Assembly: GCA_035910535.1 (NCBI GenBank)
Contig: JAMHXF010000097.1
Coordinates: 14,295-78,294 of the forward strand
Reading direction: 5' to 3'
Length of the DNA stretch: 64,000 nt
Origin: Archangium sp.
GTDB taxonomy: Bacteria; Myxococcota; Myxococcia; Myxococcales; Myxococcaceae
A model generated the notes under the pieces. The model searched no databases. It saw only the letters and a program-made list of their open reading frames with translations, and had not been told where the DNA came from. The position numbers and the translations under genes are program-made. Below are positions 37,377 through 46,107 of this stretch, piece after piece (within the stretch, counting starts at the first letter, position 1; the number at the start of each line of letters is the position of its first letter).

Positions 37377-38113
37377 AGTCGCGCGTAGACGTCGCCTGAC
37401 GTCGAGTCGACAGGGAGCGCGCGGAGGCGCTCCTTCATTTCGTCGGCGGTGAGCCAGCGCTCGTCGCGGAACTTCATCGTCTCGACGGGTGAGTAGCGGA
37501 ACTCGTAGTGCCCGAGCGTCATGCAGCGGTCGATGCACGCCAGCGCCGTTTCACGCGCGATGGGGATCATCTCGAAAGACAGCGCCGGCACCGCGTGACT
37601 CAGCCCCTCGAGCACGTCGAGCTCGAAGCCTTCGACGTCGATCTTCACGAAGTCGGGCTGGCCGTATTCGGAGATCAACGCGTCGAGCGTGGTGACGGGC
37701 ACCTCGAGCCTCTCGCCCCACTGCGTGCCCTGAAACCGTTCGTCGCGCTTCACCTCTGAAATCCACTCCGCCGAGAAGGTCGAGAGCGTGGGTGACGAAA
37801 CGTTGATGTGCAACGTGAGCGCGCCCGGCTTCGACGCGATGCCCACGGGGAGAAGCGTGACGTCCTGGTCTTTGCCGTAGAGCCGCCGCAGCACCGAGAG
37901 CATGCGCGGCTGGGGTTCGACGGCCAGCACCCGCGCGCCGAGGCTGCGCCAGGTCCCAACGCGATCACCGACGTGCGCGCCGACGTCGATGCACAGCGAG
38001 CCCGGCTTCATGAACTGGCTGTAGAAGCGCCGGCGACCGCCATTGCGCCAGACCTGCCCGTAGTAGATGACGAGCGATCGCAGCAGCCCGTACGTGTGAG
38101 ACAGCGTGCTCAT
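37355..38113 (-). CDS. FkbM-family SAM-dependent methyltransferase
   Basis: CIDVGAHVGDRVGTW...VLAVEPQP...DFVKIDVEGFELDVLEG are typical FkbM-domain motifs. Confidence 0.85.
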   Translation of the reverse strand: MSTLSHTYGLLRSLVIYYGQVWRNGGRRRFYSQFMKPGSLCIDVGAHVGDRVGTWRSLGARVLAVEPQPRMLSVLRRLYGKDQDVTLLPVGIASKPGALTLHINVSSPTLSTFSAEWISEVKRDERFQGTQWGERLEVPVTTLDALISEYGQPDFVKIDVEGFELDVLEGLSHAVPALSFEMIPIARETALACIDRCMTLGHYEFRYSPVETMKFRDERWLTADEMKERLRALPVDSTSGDVYARLQSPPVS

Positions 38114-38952
38114 CGCAAGGCCTCGGTGAATTGGTGTGCCGTCTGCTCCCAGCGAGGGAAGTCGGCGACGCGCGTGGGACGATCACGAAACGCGCGAGAG
38201 ATGGCCGCAGCCGCGTCGTCGTCGACCAGCACTCCGGCGCTGCCCACGATGCGTGGAATTTCGCCGTGACGTGGCGCGACGACAGGCACTCCGCTGGCGA
38301 CGGCTTCAGCGAAGACCATGCCGTACGGCTCGTAGGTCGGCAGCAGCGCGAAGAGATCAGCGCGCGCGTACGCAGCGAAGACCTCGTCGGGCGAACACGA
38401 GCCACGCAGCGCCACGCGCGCCTCGAGGTCGAGCTCACCGACGCGCGCTTGAAACCGCGCGGTGAGCTCCGGGTCACGGCGCGTGTCGCCGATGAGCTCC
38501 CACGTCCACGGCTCCGGCGCACGCGCGAGCGCCTCCAACAGCGCGAGGTGCCCTTTGCGCGCCTCGAAGTTCGCGACCGTGAGCACGTGATGCCCTCGGC
38601 GTTCGACGCGTTCACGTTCGAAGTAACGCGCGTCGAGCCCCGGCTCGCACACCGCGACATGGTCGAACCCGAGCGAGCGAACCCGCTGCGCCATGAAGTG
38701 ACTGGTGACGATGAGGCCGCGCGCCCGGGAGAGAACGTCGACGTGCTCTTCAGGCAGCCAGTGCAACAACCAGAAGAACGACTCCGGCAGTCGCGACGCG
38801 TTCAAGTACAGCGAGTCGACGACGTTCACGCGCTGAAACACGGCAGCTTCGAGCGGCGCAACAGCGCACCCGGTGAGCTCGGCGATGCGTTGGTTGTAGA
38901 GGTGCCCACCCGAAGGCACGTCGGCCTTCGGAGTAATCAGCAGAAAGCTCAC
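38110..38952 (-). CDS. GT-B (GT1/GT4-like) glycosyltransferase, short form
   Basis: The GTG at 38952 overlaps the upstream stop (GTGA). EPYGMVFAEAVASGVPVVAPRHGEIPRIV is an E-x7-E-type motif. The long upstream extension in the track ORF (to 39414) is rejected. Confidence 0.8.
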   Translation of the reverse strand: MSFLLITPKADVPSGGHLYNQRIAELTGCAVAPLEAAVFQRVNVVDSLYLNASRLPESFFWLLHWLPEEHVDVLSRARGLIVTSHFMAQRVRSLGFDHVAVCEPGLDARYFERERVERRGHHVLTVANFEARKGHLALLEALARAPEPWTWELIGDTRRDPELTARFQARVGELDLEARVALRGSCSPDEVFAAYARADLFALLPTYEPYGMVFAEAVASGVPVVAPRHGEIPRIVGSAGVLVDDDAAAAISRAFRDRPTRVADFPRWEQTAHQFTEALR

Positions 38953-39329
38953 AGCGCCTGGTGAAACGACGCCCAGGCCTGTTCGTGCTCCCAGATGACG
39001 ACCTTGAACGACGTGAGCGACTGCTGCGTCGCCAACGCGGGCTTCAGGCGCTCCGCTGCCACGCGCGCGAAGAGCTCGATGCTGGGGTTCTTGCCTTCGA
39101 AGCCGGGCAGCTCGTTGAGCGACTTGCCGCGCACCGTGTCGATGAAGGCTTCGAGGTGTTTCTCGAGCACGGAGATGTCGAAGAGGTACTGGTGCTGATC
39201 GACCTGAGGCCCGGAACAGACGACCTCGAGCAGATAGTCGTGAGAGTGATGTTGATTCTCGGCACCCCAGTCGCCGCCGAAGAGGTGGTGGAACGACGTG
39301 AACTTCCGGCGCACGGCGACTTCGAACAT
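38949..39329 (-). CDS. 6-pyruvoyl-tetrahydropterin synthase / QueD-fold protein
   Basis: 126 aa. FTSFHHL and HSHDYLLEV match the Zn-ligand His pattern of PTPS/QueD. I could not see the canonical catalytic Cys before the HxH motif. Confidence 0.75.
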   Translation of the reverse strand: MFEVAVRRKFTSFHHLFGGDWGAENQHHSHDYLLEVVCSGPQVDQHQYLFDISVLEKHLEAFIDTVRGKSLNELPGFEGKNPSIELFARVAAERLKPALATQQSLTSFKVVIWEHEQAWASFHQAL

Positions 39330-39334
39330 GTCGG

Positions 39335-40276
39335 TTACTCGTGGGTGAGGAGGATCTGCAGACAGCCTCGTGGCGGGCTCGCGAGGAGTTCCCATGCCTG
39401 TGCGGCGTCTGCAAATGGAATGCGGTGCGTGATGAGCTCGCGCACGGGAAGTCGTGAAAGCCAGTCGAGCGCGAGGCTCATGCGGCGCTTCTTGTCGAAG
39501 CGGCCGGTGAGCGCGCTGTGGAGGTTGCTGACTTGAGAGAAGCGCACGGTGTTGCCATTGCGGTGCGCGCGCGTGCCCAGCTTGAGCGCTCCGTCGTACC
39601 AGGAGCCCGCGATGATTCGCCCTTCTCGCCGCGCGAAGTCGAAGGCCAGCTCGAGCGCACGTGCCGAGCCGCTGACCTCGTAGACGACGTCGGCTTCTGG
39701 TCGCGCCGAGAACAGGGCCGCCGGGCTCACGCGCCTGGCCAGCTCGATTCGGTCGTCGCGGAGATCGACGCCGTGCACCGGGCCCAGTGAAAGGCGTGAC
39801 GCAATCGCCAGCACCAACTGCCCCACGACGCCCAGGCCCAACACCACGCTGACCTCTCCAAGAATCGGCGCGGCGTCCATCACCAGCGACACGGCAGTCT
39901 CGGTGTTCGCGAGCAGCGTGCCGGCTTCGGCGCTCAAGGTCTCCGGCAGACGAATGACGTCGGTGACGCGCGCCACGAAGCGTGACTGGTGCGGATGAAA
40001 CGCGAAGACACGCGCGCCCAGAAAGTCGGCGGCGACGTGTGTGCCGAGCTGCTCGACGACGCCCACCGAGCAATACCCGGAGTACGCGCGGCGATCGTCA
40101 CCGAACGAATCGTCGACGGCAGAGCCTGACGACACGAGCCGCTCGGTGCCGGCCGAGAGCGCGGAGACTTCGGTGCGAATCAGCACTTCACCTTCGCCGG
40201 GGTTCTGTACGTCGATGTTCCGAACTTCGACCCGACCCGGCGCGACGCGTTGCACGACCTGCGCGGAGAACGACAT
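39335..40276 (-). CDS. zinc-type medium-chain dehydrogenase/reductase (MDR) family oxidoreductase
   Basis: GroES-like N-terminus GEGEVLIRTEVSALSAGTE and Rossmann motif VVLGLGVVGQLV. 313 aa. Confidence 0.85.
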   Translation of the reverse strand: MSFSAQVVQRVAPGRVEVRNIDVQNPGEGEVLIRTEVSALSAGTERLVSSGSAVDDSFGDDRRAYSGYCSVGVVEQLGTHVAADFLGARVFAFHPHQSRFVARVTDVIRLPETLSAEAGTLLANTETAVSLVMDAAPILGEVSVVLGLGVVGQLVLAIASRLSLGPVHGVDLRDDRIELARRVSPAALFSARPEADVVYEVSGSARALELAFDFARREGRIIAGSWYDGALKLGTRAHRNGNTVRFSQVSNLHSALTGRFDKKRRMSLALDWLSRLPVRELITHRIPFADAAQAWELLASPPRGCLQILLTHE

Positions 40277-40311
40277 GCGCGACGTTGTACATCGATTAGG
40301 AACACGGCCGA

Positions 40312-40938
40312 ATGGCTCCGAGCCGCTGGAACATCGCCCACGCTGCGCTCTGTCTTGCTGCCGGTGTGGGGTCGGTGCTCGCGACGAGCGCCTGGCCGTT
40401 GAGCCTCTTTGGTGGCGCGTCGCTGCTGTTCTTCTTCTTCACCGCACGCACGCCGCAGCGTCACCTCGGTGGGCTCGGGCTGGCCAACGCCGTCACCCTG
40501 CTCCGCCTCGTGCTGTTGCTCAGCACGGCGACGTTGTTCCCGTCGGCGTGGGGCTTCGCGCTGGTGTTGGTGCTCGACGGCGTCGACGGGCTCGTGGCGC
40601 GCAAGTTCGACGAGAGCTCCACGTTCGGCGCGCACTTCGACATGGAAACCGACGCGCTCTTCGCGGCGTTGCTGAGCGTGACGTTGGCGCCGTCGACGCC
40701 GTGGGTGCTGATCGCCGGCGCGCTGCGGCCGCTCTTCGTGCTCGCGCGTGCGGTCTTCGTCGAAGCACCGGTTGAGCGGCGCGTGCCCTTCGCGCGCTAC
40801 GCCTTCGGAGTCGCTGCGTGGTCGATGGTGGCGGCGCTGGCCTTGCCGGGACCACTGCAGGCCCCGCTGACCGCGCTCGCCACGTTGGTGTTGCTGGTGA
40901 GCTTCGCGCCTGACTTCGGCTCACTCCGCCGCGCTTAG
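40312..40938 (+). CDS. CDP-alcohol phosphatidyltransferase family membrane protein
   Basis: Exact D-G-x2-A-R-x8-G-x3-D-x3-D motif in DGLVARKFDESSTFGAHFDMETD. Multiple hydrophobic helices. Confidence 0.9.
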   Translation: MAPSRWNIAHAALCLAAGVGSVLATSAWPLSLFGGASLLFFFFTARTPQRHLGGLGLANAVTLLRLVLLLSTATLFPSAWGFALVLVLDGVDGLVARKFDESSTFGAHFDMETDALFAALLSVTLAPSTPWVLIAGALRPLFVLARAVFVEAPVERRVPFARYAFGVAAWSMVAALALPGPLQAPLTALATLVLLVSFAPDFGSLRRA

Positions 40939-42593
40939 CGCTTGCGGTTCTTCTTCTTGTTGTCCTTCTCGCGCTTGCGCTTGTCCTTGAGCGCCTTGCG
41001 TTCGGCGTCGCTCATGCCGCTCTTCGCGGGGCCCATCGAATAGCCCTGCATGCGCGCCTGCGCGAGCTGCGCCTGGCTCATGGGCGGCGTGTAGCCCTTG
41101 GGCAACCCCGGCGGCAGTTGCATGGGCATGCCGCCCATACCGGGCATTCCACCCATGCCGCCGAGCGCCTGCGCCATCATCGGGTCCTTCCCGAAGAGCG
41201 CGCCCAGATCCATGTTCTTCATCTGGTTCATCTGGCCCAGCTGCTTGAAGAACGGCAGGCGGCCGAGAATGCCGGGGTCCTGCCCGATGGCGCCCATCAC
41301 CTGCTGCATGCCGGTGAACTTCTGCATCAGCTCGCTGACTTCTTGCGGCTTACGGCCAGCGCCCTTCGCGATGCGATCGGCGCGACCTTTGTTGATGCGG
41401 TGTGGCTCGAGCCGCTCCTGCTCGGTCATCGAGTTGTAGATGGAGTCGATCTTGTCGAGCTCGCCCTCGTTCGGGTTGAGCTGCTCGCTCATCTCTCCGA
41501 GGAAGGGCATCTTCTCCATGAGATCCTTGAGCGGCCCCATTTTGCGGACCGTGCGGATCTGCTCCATGAAGTCCTTCATGTTGAAGCGGCCCGACAGCAG
41601 CTTCTTCGCGTCTTCTTCGGCTTTGTCCTGATCGACGACCTGCTCGAAGTCTTTCATCAGGCCGACGACGTCGCCGAACCCGAGAATGCGCGACGCGAGG
41701 CCGGCCGGGCGGAACTCCTCGAGCTTGTCGAGGCCTTCACCCATGCCGAGGAACTTGATCGGCTTGCCGGTGACTTCTTTGATCGACAACGCCGCGCCGC
41801 CACGGGCATCGCCGTCGAGCTTGGTAAGAATGAAGCCGTCGATCGACAGGCGGCGGTTGAATTCGGCGGCCGTCTTCACCGCGTCCTGACCGATCATCGA
41901 GTCGGTCACGAAGATGATGTTCTCAGGGCGGATGTTGGTCTTGATCGCCTCGAGCTCCGCCATCAACGCGTCGTCGATGGCGAGGCGACCGGCGGTGTCG
42001 ACGATGACGGTGTCGATCTTCTCGGCGCGGGCTTTTTCGTACGCTTTCTTCGCCAGCTCCGGAGGCTGCAACCCCGCCTCGTGGAACACCGGCACGCCCA
42101 GCTTTTCACCGAGCACCTTGAGCTGATCGACGGCGGCAGGCCGGTAGATGTCGGCGGCCACCAACAACAGCGAGCGGCCTTCTTTTTTCAACTTGAAGGC
42201 CAGCTTGCCGGTGGTGGTCGTCTTACCGGAGCCCTGGAGGCCGACCATCATGATGCCGCTGACCTGCCCGCGCGGCTTGAGGTTGAGCGACGTGTCGACG
42301 GGCCCCATGAGGGCCTCGAGCTCGTCGTGGCAGATCTTCACGAAGTGATCGCCCGGCGAGACCTTGAGCTTCTTGCCCGCCTTGTCGGTGAGCGTGGTCT
42401 TCACCTCAGCGCCGGCGGCCTGCTCGCGCACGCGGGCGACGAACTTCTTGACCACGTCGAAGGCGACGTCGGCCTCGAGCAACGACACGCGAATGTCGCG
42501 CAACGACTCGTCGATCAGCTCAGGCGTCAGCTCAGCCTTGCCCAGCAGGCGGTTCTTCGCCGCCCGGAACCCCTTGGAAACAGTCTCCAGCAT
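40935..42593 (-). CDS. ffh: signal recognition particle protein Ffh, with a Met/Gly-rich and Lys-rich C-terminal extension
   Basis: GLQGSGKTTTTGKLA, DTAGR, TKLDGDARGG, the M-domain, and the tail ...KDKRKREKDNKKKNRKR. Confidence 0.96.
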   Translation of the reverse strand: MLETVSKGFRAAKNRLLGKAELTPELIDESLRDIRVSLLEADVAFDVVKKFVARVREQAAGAEVKTTLTDKAGKKLKVSPGDHFVKICHDELEALMGPVDTSLNLKPRGQVSGIMMVGLQGSGKTTTTGKLAFKLKKEGRSLLLVAADIYRPAAVDQLKVLGEKLGVPVFHEAGLQPPELAKKAYEKARAEKIDTVIVDTAGRLAIDDALMAELEAIKTNIRPENIIFVTDSMIGQDAVKTAAEFNRRLSIDGFILTKLDGDARGGAALSIKEVTGKPIKFLGMGEGLDKLEEFRPAGLASRILGFGDVVGLMKDFEQVVDQDKAEEDAKKLLSGRFNMKDFMEQIRTVRKMGPLKDLMEKMPFLGEMSEQLNPNEGELDKIDSIYNSMTEQERLEPHRINKGRADRIAKGAGRKPQEVSELMQKFTGMQQVMGAIGQDPGILGRLPFFKQLGQMNQMKNMDLGALFGKDPMMAQALGGMGGMPGMGGMPMQLPPGLPKGYTPPMSQAQLAQARMQGYSMGPAKSGMSDAERKALKDKRKREKDNKKKNRKR

Positions 42594-42644
42594 GGCGGCG
42601 CTCCTACACCACTTCGTTGCCTGCTACACACCCTCGTCTTGCAG

Positions 42645-42732
42645 GCGCGAGTGGCGGAATCGGCATACGCAGCAGACTTAAAATCTGCGGGCCCTTTGCT
42701 GGGTCGTAGGGGTTCAAGTCCCCTCTCGCGCA
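42645..42732 (+). tRNA. tRNA-Leu (anticodon UAA), class II with a long variable arm
   Basis: Folded by hand. Acceptor GCGCGAG/CTCGCGC. Anticodon stem GCAGA/TCTGC with loop CTTAAAA (anticodon TAA at 42679..42681). Variable-arm hairpin. T-arm AGGGG-TTCAAGT-CCCCT. Discriminator A. CCA is not encoded. Confidence 0.9.
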
Positions 42733-42752
42733 TCACCTGAAAGAAAGTCCTC

Positions 42753-43529
42753 ATGAACACGCTCCGGTTGTCATCTCTGATGCTCGGTCTTCTCGGTGGA
42801 GTGCTGCTCGCCAACTGCAGCCCCACGCCCAGCTGCACTTCGGCGACGTGCGGCGGCTGCTGTGACGCAACCGGAAAGTGCCAGTCGGGCGCCAGCGTCG
42901 ACGCGTGCGGCGTCAACGGAGAGACCTGCGGTCGTTGCGGCAGCGGCACCGTCTGCGCTCGCGGTGAGTGCGAAGCGTCGTCGGGCACAGGTGGCGGCGG
43001 CGGTGGTGGTGGCGGTGGTGCTTCCGGCGGAGGCGCAGGCGGCGGCTGCCGTCAGCTGGGGACGATCACCACCCCCACGCCGAACGAGCTGGTCATCGAA
43101 TACCGCGCGTTCAGCAGCAACACGGGCTTCTACAACTTCGCATTGTGGGGCGTCGGCGCCTTCGTGCCGTACAACGCCGTGCGCGTCGAAGTTGTGTACC
43201 CGAACGTCGGCGTCGTCCCCATGCCGCCGTTGACGCAGAGCTTCGCGGCCGTCGGCTACCGGTCGTGCAGCGTGTGCGCGCTGTTCCACGAGAGCTGTGA
43301 CGAGATGGGCGTGTGCGCCCGCAGCTACCTCGCGCAGGCAGGCACGATTACCATCGACCGCGCCGATCGCAGCCCGGCGGGCCGCATCGTCGGCAGCGCC
43401 GCCAACGTTCGCTTCAATGAGTGGGACATCGACAACGATCGCGCCGTCGGCACCGAGTGTGTGGAAGCGACCTTCATCGGCCCCTGGAACTCGGGGTGGA
43501 ACGCCGATGGCGGCGCGGCACCTCCGTGA
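42753..43529 (+). CDS. secreted lipoprotein with a Cys-rich N-terminal module and a poly-Gly linker
   Basis: Signal plus lipobox LGGVLLANC. CTSATCGGCCDATGKCQSGASVDACGVNGETCGRCGSGTVCARGEC, then GTGGGGGGGGGGASGGGAGGGC. Confidence 0.8.
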   Translation: MNTLRLSSLMLGLLGGVLLANCSPTPSCTSATCGGCCDATGKCQSGASVDACGVNGETCGRCGSGTVCARGECEASSGTGGGGGGGGGGASGGGAGGGCRQLGTITTPTPNELVIEYRAFSSNTGFYNFALWGVGAFVPYNAVRVEVVYPNVGVVPMPPLTQSFAAVGYRSCSVCALFHESCDEMGVCARSYLAQAGTITIDRADRSPAGRIVGSAANVRFNEWDIDNDRAVGTECVEATFIGPWNSGWNADGGAAPP

Positions 43530-43586
43530 TGAATCGCCGCACTATTCTCATGCACGCCAGGAGGCAGCCCCATTACGCATTTTGAC

Positions 43587-44879
43587 GTGAAGGTTGATGG
43601 CTTCCAGGCAGGGCTGCTCAGCACCACCGCTTCTCTTCCGGAGTTGGAAGAGAGCCTCCGCGCGCTCGAGCTCGTGTGGCCGCCGCTGGAGCGCGTCGAG
43701 CTCTGTGCGTGCACCGAAACCGACGGGCTCGTCGCGCTGCTCGACTTCGGAGATCGTCAGCACGCGCTCGAGCAACAGGCGCGCCTCAACGCGCTGTGCA
43801 CGCAGATTCAGGGTCGCGTGCTCGAGCCGCTCGAGCTCCCTGCGCACCGCGCCCGCTACACGATGCGCGCGCGCGGCTCGGTGCAGGCCGCGTTCGACGC
43901 CATGCGCCCTCGCCTGCCATCGCCGATGACGCTGACGTTCGCGTCTCAAGACGAGCTGCTCGTCGCCTGGGCCCGACAGGTCGCTGAAGGTGGCATGCGC
44001 ATCGATCAGCCGCCGCGCCCGAGCCTCACCTTCATCACGCCGCAGGGTGAGTACGCCGGCAATCGCGCGACGGTGCTCGCCGACGGCCGCATCGAGATCG
44101 CGGCGGGGCTCTCGCTGACCCGCCTGCTGCACCGGGTGGCCAATGAGCGCCGTGACGCGCGGCCGAAGCTCAACGCCGTGCCGACCCCCGCGCCCATGAG
44201 CAACGAGCTGACGGTTCGCTTCGAGCGCGTCCGGGAGTTGGGGGTTCGCTACGCGTCAGAAATCAGCAAGGGCACGCTGTTCGTCGAGTGCGACACGTGC
44301 CCGCCGGTACACACCCGCCTCGAGGCACGGCTGTCGCTGCCGAGCGAAGAGATCATCTCCGTCGGCGCTGAAGTGATCGAAGTGACCGATCGAGGCGTGA
44401 AGCTGCGCTTCTTCGACGTGCTGCCCGACACCTTCGCGCCCATCGAGCAGCTGTTGGCGCAAGAGCGTCAGCGGCGCCCGCGCGTGCTGGTGGTCGACGA
44501 CGAAGCGATCTGGCGCTCGACGCTGGTGCGCATGCTCAAGGAGCTCGACGCCGAAATCGTGCTCGCCAGTGACGGTCGCGAGGGCCTCGTGAAGCTCACC
44601 GACGGCTACTTCGACCTCGATCTGGTGATCCTCGACCTGCACATGCCGCAGCTCGACGGGCGCACGCTGCTCGATCGCGTGCGGCGCCTCGGCGGTGACG
44701 CTGCGCTGCGCGTGTTTCTGTTCTCGGCCACCAACCGTGAAGAACTCGCAGAAATCGGCGGCGCGCGCCTCGCGTCGGCGGTGTTCTCGAAGCTCGACCC
44801 GATCGATCGACTCGCCGAAAAAGTCGCACAAGAACTCGGGCTGCCCTGGCCGCGCCCGGCGATCTCAGCTGCCGGCTGA
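43587..44879 (+). CDS. PilZ-like domain / response-regulator receiver protein
   Basis: The C-terminal receiver is RVLVVDDEAIWRS...LVILDLHMPQLDG. It is preceded by a PilZ-like beta-barrel segment (TVRFERVRELGVRYASEISKGTLFVE...). GTG start at 43587; the start is uncertain. Confidence 0.75.
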   Translation: MKVDGFQAGLLSTTASLPELEESLRALELVWPPLERVELCACTETDGLVALLDFGDRQHALEQQARLNALCTQIQGRVLEPLELPAHRARYTMRARGSVQAAFDAMRPRLPSPMTLTFASQDELLVAWARQVAEGGMRIDQPPRPSLTFITPQGEYAGNRATVLADGRIEIAAGLSLTRLLHRVANERRDARPKLNAVPTPAPMSNELTVRFERVRELGVRYASEISKGTLFVECDTCPPVHTRLEARLSLPSEEIISVGAEVIEVTDRGVKLRFFDVLPDTFAPIEQLLAQERQRRPRVLVVDDEAIWRSTLVRMLKELDAEIVLASDGREGLVKLTDGYFDLDLVILDLHMPQLDGRTLLDRVRRLGGDAALRVFLFSATNREELAEIGGARLASAVFSKLDPIDRLAEKVAQELGLPWPRPAISAAG

Positions 44880-45980
44880 CGTGTTCCGCTTCGGCACCAC
44901 GAGGCCCGAGCTCAGGCGCTTGAGCACCACGTCGCGCTGCCGTTGTTTGTAACGCTCGTGCGAGTTCTCGCCCTTCTCGTTCTGCAGCGAGGTGTGCTGG
45001 TCGACGATCTGAAACTCACATGACGCGAGCGTGATGCGGCACTTGCGTTCGCGCAGGTCGCTGTCAGGCGGCGGCAGAAATGCATCGAGGCGCAGCGGCA
45101 CGTCGGCGACGAAGTTGAGCGCCTTGTATGTCGAACCCGAGAACGTGTTGCCGGTACGCGCCGCGAGCTCGCGCTCTTCGTAGTCGAGGTCGAGGTGCAG
45201 CTGCCGCGCGTACTTCTTGAGGTTCGGGTACTGCTTCACCAGGTCCTTGAACTTGATGAGCGTGTTGTCGGTCTGCGACGGCACGACGAAGTTGAAGGGC
45301 AGCAGGCGCTGCGTGAGGAAGTAGAGCGTGGGAATCACGTCGTCACGCTCCTTCACGATGATGCGGAAACGCGTGCGATCGTAGATGGCCGCCGACGTCG
45401 AGTCTTTCTTGGCGATGAGCTTGGTGATCGTCGACTCGCGCGTCTTGATGGAATCGGAGAACTCGACGATCGGCATGTCTTTCTGCCGCGCTTCTTCGAT
45501 CACCCCGTTGACGCGCGCGGTGACCATCTTCGCCAGCTCGAACTCAGGCACCGAAATGTGGAAGAGCACGTCGCGCGCTTCCATGTGCTGAATGACGTGC
45601 ATCGTCTTGAGCACGATGCAGGCGATCTTCCGCATGCGCCGGTCGATGTGTCCCGACGCGTAGAGGAAGAGGTCGTGAATCATGTTCGGGTTCGCGACCG
45701 CGTCGGCCACCCGGTAATTGAAGGTCTTGCGGAGGTACTCGACCGCGTCGGCCAGCACAGCGCGCACCCAGGCTTCATCGTGCTTTCGCGTCGGGTCGAT
45801 CTGCTGCAATCGCAAGAAGCGATCGACCTCGTCCCAGCTCTTGAAGTGCATGCGCCGCCATTCGATGACGGAGCCACCGCGCAAGATGAGGCGGATGCGC
45901 TCGAGCTCTTTGAGGCCCATCTCCTCGACGCGGCGCACGGGCAGATCAGGCATCGTCGGCTGGTGTTTGATCGCAGTCAC
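44865..45980 (-). CDS. uncharacterised protein with a RelA/SpoT-like nucleotidyltransferase-fold core
   Basis: SDSIKTRESTITKLIAKKDSTSAAIYDRTRFRIIVKERDDV resembles the RSH synthetase core (RelA: GRPKHIYSIWRKMQKK...FDVRAVRIV). Downstream, GSTYKALNFVADVP sits at the position of GYQSxH. Confidence 0.7.
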   Translation of the reverse strand: MTAIKHQPTMPDLPVRRVEEMGLKELERIRLILRGGSVIEWRRMHFKSWDEVDRFLRLQQIDPTRKHDEAWVRAVLADAVEYLRKTFNYRVADAVANPNMIHDLFLYASGHIDRRMRKIACIVLKTMHVIQHMEARDVLFHISVPEFELAKMVTARVNGVIEEARQKDMPIVEFSDSIKTRESTITKLIAKKDSTSAAIYDRTRFRIIVKERDDVIPTLYFLTQRLLPFNFVVPSQTDNTLIKFKDLVKQYPNLKKYARQLHLDLDYEERELAARTGNTFSGSTYKALNFVADVPLRLDAFLPPPDSDLRERKCRITLASCEFQIVDQHTSLQNEKGENSHERYKQRQRDVVLKRLSSGLVVPKRNTSAGS

Positions 45981-46054
45981 TTGGCCGCTTGTCCCCGATG
46001 TCCGCGGCCTGCGCCAGCGAATGGTGACGACACGAGCAGCGGCTGCTCGGAAAT

Positions 46055-46088
46055 GAAAAAAGGCCGCCCCGGACTTCCGGAGCGGCCT
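46055..46088 (-). terminator. intrinsic terminator after the MORN-like gene
   Basis: Reverse-strand hairpin AGGCCGCTCCGGA-AG-TCCGGGGCGGCCT (one mismatch) followed by TTTTTT, 20 nt after the stop at 46108. Confidence 0.75.
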
Positions 46089-46107
46089 CTCATTCAGCGG
46101 CGAAGCG

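Noticed and set aside
38949-40073. Long N-terminal extensions of track ORFs: 38949..40073, 38110..39414, 11950..12615, 46108..47043, 33226..34005 and 8721..9758
   Set aside because: The extensions are Arg/Ala-rich and overlap well-supported neighbouring genes in other frames. Internal starts give recognisable N-termini (signal peptides, the PTPS start) and classic ATGA or GTGA coupling with the upstream stop.
41118-42740. 540-aa forward ORF antisense to ffh that runs through the tRNA-Leu gene
   Set aside because: It is antisense to a canonical SRP54 homolog and overlaps a structural RNA. Its composition is typical of GC-rich shadow ORFs.
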